From Candidatus Poribacteria bacterium (GTDB lineage: Bacteria > Poribacteria > WGA-4E > PCPOR2b), in contig OZ220744.1 of the NCBI GenBank assembly GCA_965116925.1, positions 32,001 through 96,000 of the forward strand: 64,000 nt of DNA. The letters run 5' to 3'. Under the pieces are notes generated by a model, which saw nothing but the letters and a program-made list of their open reading frames with translations, did no database searches and was not told where the DNA came from. Positions 59,989 to 64,000 of this stretch are shown here, one piece after another (position 1 is the first letter of the stretch; each line of letters opens with the position of its first letter). Both the position numbers and the translations under genes were made by a program.

Positions 59989-61392
59989 CTAAAATCTGCG
60001 CCATGCCCCCTCGGTAGCAGCATTAATGAGTATCCGCTCTTTCTGGCTGCGCCGTACACGTTGCTCTAAATCAACAGGATCCCAATGAGATAGCAGATCC
60101 GCCTGAAGGTTCTCGACGATTGACCGGTATGCGGTATCTCCGGCGAGATCACGAAATTCATTTGGATCGGTTTGAACATCGTAGAGTTGCGGCGCATCGC
60201 CCAAACTGTAGATGAGTTTGTATCTGCCTCGTCGAAGCATAGCGACCGGACGCGCCACACCGTGTGCCAAGTATTCGGAAAAAGCTTCATCCTTCCAGCA
60301 TCCCGCCTCACCTCGCATTAGCGGCAGCAGGCTATCACCGTCTAGGGGGGTGATGGGCGTCGCACCTGCGATCTCAACGACGGTGGCGATAAGGTCAACC
60401 AGCGATACAACCTCATCGACCCAACGACCAGCGGGAAGATGTCCGGGCCAAACAATTTGAAGCGGTACACGAGCGGAGGCTTCATAGAAGTTAGATTTCC
60501 GCCACATGCCGTGCTCTCCATTCATTTCGCCGTGATCGCTTGTATGTACAATCACAGTGTTATCTAACTGTCCGGTTTCTTCAAGGGTTTTGATGAGGCG
60601 GCCAATCTTTTCATCAAGGTAAGTGATTAGACCGTAGTAGCCTGCCCGTCCTCTCCGCACCAGTTCTTCGGGGAAGTCAACACAACCGAACATACGCCGC
60701 ATCCGCTTGAAGACCGGATGCTGGTTTTCCAAATGTCCTTCCGGAATCTCCGGGAGGTCAATTTCATCAAGAGGATACAGATCCCAGAACCGTTGCGGCA
60801 CAACGAGCGGGAAGTGGGGAGCGATGAAAGAGACATTGAGGGCCCAAGGTTGATCTTTGCGCGCCGGATCGCGGAGGTAAGCCAACGCCTGCTCCTCTGC
60901 CAAATCATCTACTTCGATCTCCGTAGTAGTGCCGGGACCTGCCTCCTCAAGACAGGACCAGGGGCGGGCTGCAGCGGGCGTGCCGTTTTCCCAATCAATG
61001 ACGCCATGATCGTTCTCAGCGTGAAGATCACGAGCAAGTTGGGCACGGAATCCATGAAGTTGGTCTAGCCCCTCGAAGTGCTGTTTCCCGGAGAGAACGG
61101 CATCATAGCCAACTCCACGCAACAGATGTGCCCAAGTAACAGTGTCAGAGGGGAGCGGAGTAGCGTTGTCCCAAGCACCGATGTGGTGAATATAGCGACC
61201 CGTCATGAAGGACATCCGCGAAGGCATGCAGAGGGGAGAGTTACAGTAGGCGTTGGCAAACGTGACGCCATCGGCAGCGAGACGGTCCATATGCGGGGTC
61301 TTAACCAAGGGATGCCCATACGTTCCACTGTACATCGGGGCGTGTTCGTCGGACATAATGAACAGGATATTGGGTAGATCTGAGGTATTCAT
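59989..61392 (-). CDS. Sulfatase (choline-sulfatase-like)
   Basis: PNILFIMSDEH, CMPSR FGly motif, SDHGEM.GEHGMW.K. Confidence 0.92.
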   Translation of the reverse strand: MNTSDLPNILFIMSDEHAPMYSGTYGHPLVKTPHMDRLAADGVTFANAYCNSPLCMPSRMSFMTGRYIHHIGAWDNATPLPSDTVTWAHLLRGVGYDAVLSGKQHFEGLDQLHGFRAQLARDLHAENDHGVIDWENGTPAAARPWSCLEEAGPGTTTEIEVDDLAEEQALAYLRDPARKDQPWALNVSFIAPHFPLVVPQRFWDLYPLDEIDLPEIPEGHLENQHPVFKRMRRMFGCVDFPEELVRRGRAGYYGLITYLDEKIGRLIKTLEETGQLDNTVIVHTSDHGEMNGEHGMWRKSNFYEASARVPLQIVWPGHLPAGRWVDEVVSLVDLIATVVEIAGATPITPLDGDSLLPLMRGEAGCWKDEAFSEYLAHGVARPVAMLRRGRYKLIYSLGDAPQLYDVQTDPNEFRDLAGDTAYRSIVENLQADLLSHWDPVDLEQRVRRSQKERILINAATEGAWRRF

Positions 61393-61498
61393 GAAAGTCC
61401 TCCTTTATAATTTGAATTAGGACTGAACACATAGGTTCTTACCTGCTGTGATGTCGATATTGTAACACGGTTTAGTCGGGGGGACAACGGGATTTTAT

Positions 61499-61527
61499 TT
61501 GACCATCTGGGCAAACTAAGGTAAAAT
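61499..61527 (+). promoter_or_regulatory. Sigma70-type promoter
   Basis: TTGACC-17 bp-TAAAAT. Confidence 0.6.
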
Positions 61528-61599
61528 AAAGATGCTCGGTCTTCGCCCATTGATGGGTTGGAGCGAGGCAGTTTTTTTAACACGAGAAAGGAATCTCTC

Positions 61600-62112
61600 A
61601 TGGCAACAAAATCAATAACGATTCGCGAGTACCTTCCACCAGAACACAACTTAGATGTATCAGCTGAAGCACCCGATGACATCGCCTCTTACAAAGTAAT
61701 GGGATTAGCTGATCCCCTGTCAAGTGCGGAGGTACAAATCGCAGTTGATACGTGGCGTCAAATTCAGCGTCAAAAGGCAACGATTCAAATCATTGATATT
61801 GACACTGACCTCATCGCGCTTTCATCAGTTGAGTTACGCCAAATACTGGAACAGCTTATCAGTCAAAACACGATGAAAGTCATTGTAAATCTCAGCAGAA
61901 CGCGCCGAATTGATAGTTCAGGATTAGGCATATTGGTCAGCAAGACAAGTGAATTAAGACAGCGCGGTGGTGACCTCAAAGTTTATGGACTATCGGACAC
62001 GCTAACACGCATTTTCGAGCAGTTGGGTGCAGCAAATCTTGAGAAGTTTATCTACCAAAACGAAAGGGATGCACTCGCAGACTTTGAGTTAAACCGAGAG
62101 ACAGGCGTATAA
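61600..62112 (+). CDS. STAS domain protein (anti-sigma factor antagonist) with N-terminal extension
   Basis: VNLS..RRIDSSGLGILV...GGDLKV. Confidence 0.82.
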   Translation: MATKSITIREYLPPEHNLDVSAEAPDDIASYKVMGLADPLSSAEVQIAVDTWRQIQRQKATIQIIDIDTDLIALSSVELRQILEQLISQNTMKVIVNLSRTRRIDSSGLGILVSKTSELRQRGGDLKVYGLSDTLTRIFEQLGAANLEKFIYQNERDALADFELNRETGV

Positions 62113-62190
62113 CTTGGTTTCGATGGTCATGCTGTTTTTCACCATCGCTTACGAAGCGTATGCAACCTTGTAGGTGTTGAAGATGGTTCT

Positions 62191-62817
62191 ATGGATACCT
62201 CAATCGGGTTGACGCCCACCTTCATTGGATTTTCAGGGGGAAGTGGGTCTGGCAAAACAACGCTCGCCGCAGCGATTCATGAACGACTAGGCAATCATAG
62301 ATCTGTCGTGTTGAGCCTAGACGCCTATTACAAAGATCTCAGTTATCTGTCCCCTGAAGAGCGTGCAGCGGTAAATTTCGATCACCCTGACGCGTTGGAT
62401 GTCCAATTATTAACCGAACAGATACGCCAACTTAGATGTGGGCACGCTGTTGAGGTCCCACGCTACGACTTCACAACACATACACGCTGTCCTGAAACCC
62501 TTACGCTTCAGCCTAAGGCAGTTGTGCTGACCGAAGGAATTCTGCTACTCGCACTTGAATCTATCCGGTCGCTGCTTGATCTAAAAGTATTCGTTGACGC
62601 GCCTGCCGATATCCGTTTCATCCGTCGAATGCTCCGCGACATCCAGGAACGGGGGCGCACAGTGGATTCGTGCATCCAGCAGTATTACGCGACGACTCGC
62701 CCAATGCACTTCGCTTGGGTTGAGCCGAGCAAGGTGTTTGCAGATATGGTTGTTTCGAGTGAAGAGGAGATTGAAACCCTTGCAACACTTCTCGTTGAGC
62801 GTATCGAGAATTTGTAA
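62191..62817 (+). CDS. udk: Uridine kinase
   Basis: GGSGSGKTT, DAYYKD, NFDHPDA, EGIL, RDIQERGR. Confidence 0.93.
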   Translation: MDTSIGLTPTFIGFSGGSGSGKTTLAAAIHERLGNHRSVVLSLDAYYKDLSYLSPEERAAVNFDHPDALDVQLLTEQIRQLRCGHAVEVPRYDFTTHTRCPETLTLQPKAVVLTEGILLLALESIRSLLDLKVFVDAPADIRFIRRMLRDIQERGRTVDSCIQQYYATTRPMHFAWVEPSKVFADMVVSSEEEIETLATLLVERIENL

Positions 62818-62932
62818 GTGTGCCGACTTCTGTTTGCCAACCAATGCAACGTCTCAGCGTTTATCTGGTAGCGGTTTCTGTTCCCAATGATTTGGTATTT
62901 CACTTATATCCAGAGATTTAGGAGAAAAATCC

Positions 62933-63808
62933 ATGGACAGCAATAAATGTGTCATGTCCGACGAAGAAAAATATTATTTTGATCTCACAGGCTATCTTGT
63001 CGTTCGCGGTGCGTTGACGCCAGAAGATATTGACAAATGTAATGCAGCTATTGATCACTATGCCGACAAGATTCGTGCCCGTTCAGTTGATGATGGCGGA
63101 CTAGCACGCGGGTCATCAACGCTTGAAGGGCAAACAGGGCGGTTAGAACTGACGGGGATGTTGGGATGGGAGAAACCCTATCGAGAACCGTTTCGCGAAC
63201 TCCTAGTCCATCCGGTGGTCGTCTCGCGCCTAAACGGGATGTGTGGAAAAGGATTCCGTCTCGACCATGGACCCTTAATGATTGGGGCAACAGCTGGAAC
63301 GGAAGGGCATCAATTACATGGAGCGGGAGAACCCTTCAGCCCGGCGGTTTGGTATCATCAGCAGAATGGAGCTATTTACTGTCGAGGCGTTACTGTGGCA
63401 TGGCAACTCACCGATGTCAATGAAGGTGATGGCGGATTTGCCGTTGTGCCCGGCAGCCACAAAGCCTGCGAACCTACACCTGAAGGCGTTCGGTCTGTGG
63501 AAGACGACATGGGATTGACTGTTCAGCCGGCGATGAAGGCAGGAGACGTCCTCTTCTTTGCAGAGACCGCCACCCACGGTACACTTCCCTGGAAAGGTAA
63601 GGGGGAACGGCGTTCCATCCTTTTCAAATACGCTTCCCGCGGTGTCGCCCGTGCGGTGGGACGATTCTTTACACCTGAAGCACGCTTCGGCGAGTGGACG
63701 AAATCCCTCTCGCCTGAACAACATGCTCTGCTTTACGGTCCAGGTGTTCACACAGGAGGTCTGCCCACTCTTAAATCCGATGGAAAGAAAACTTGGGTGG
63801 CGGAGTAA
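62933..63808 (+). CDS. PhyH-family Fe(II)/2OG enzyme with HxA motif
   Basis: FDLTGYLVV, LHGAG, GGFAVVPGSHK, THGTLPW...RRS. Confidence 0.88.
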   Translation: MDSNKCVMSDEEKYYFDLTGYLVVRGALTPEDIDKCNAAIDHYADKIRARSVDDGGLARGSSTLEGQTGRLELTGMLGWEKPYREPFRELLVHPVVVSRLNGMCGKGFRLDHGPLMIGATAGTEGHQLHGAGEPFSPAVWYHQQNGAIYCRGVTVAWQLTDVNEGDGGFAVVPGSHKACEPTPEGVRSVEDDMGLTVQPAMKAGDVLFFAETATHGTLPWKGKGERRSILFKYASRGVARAVGRFFTPEARFGEWTKSLSPEQHALLYGPGVHTGGLPTLKSDGKKTWVAE

Positions 63809-63865
63809 CACCGAGCCAACATTAACTGTCGTACCGATACAACTTGCGAAACGGAGATATGCAAA

Positions 63866-64000
63866 ATGGACAAACGTGAACGCTACTTCTGGGATCTCAC
63901 CGGATACCTTATCCTTAGAAATGTGCTGACCGCTGATGAAATTGCAGCAGCCAATGAGGCTATCGACCACTGTGCCGACCAAATTCACGTTGGACAACCC
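63866..64000 (+). CDS. PhyH-family protein, 3'-truncated by window edge (paralog of the preceding gene)
   Basis: MDKRERYFWDLTGYLILRNVLTADEIAAANEAIDH, similar to the start of 62933-63808. Confidence 0.8.
   Translation, partial: MDKRERYFWDLTGYLILRNVLTADEIAAANEAIDHCADQIHVGQP

Noticed and set aside
63314..63997. 227-aa antisense ORF
   Set aside because: Overlaps two well-supported PhyH genes on the opposite strand and has no motifs.

Overview
Gene-dense bacterial chromosomal window, roughly 50% GC. It most resembles Candidatus Poribacteria (inference from seven PhyH-fold Fe(II)/2OG genes, three Gfo/Idh/MocA oxidoreductases, a sulfatase, BNR and Kelch proteins, and a 'KLxxxWGxIK' C-terminal motif). 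Housekeeping genes (recG, clpB, lysA, udk, rimK-like) are mixed with catabolic genes, a MacAB-like/TolB-like/DUF5916 envelope operon, and a 2096-aa Ig-repeat protein with a T9SS-like C-terminus next to a PorV-like gene. The most notable hidden structure is two non-autonomous IS200/IS605 (TnpB) derivatives. One (45777-46056) is protein-free: promoter plus omega/reRNA scaffold between intact ends. The other (57676-58199) inserted just after the start codon of rimK and supplies a new RBS and ATG. Other observations: an Rpn gene with an internal RpnS-like start, PhyH enzymes with non-canonical HxH and HxA metal motifs, a kinase-NDT fusion, a hairpin splitting an RBS from its ATG, and palindromic or short tandem repeats translated inside genes and signal peptides. 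No CRISPR array, tRNA or rRNA was recognised. All calls come from reading the sequence by eye; no searches were run.
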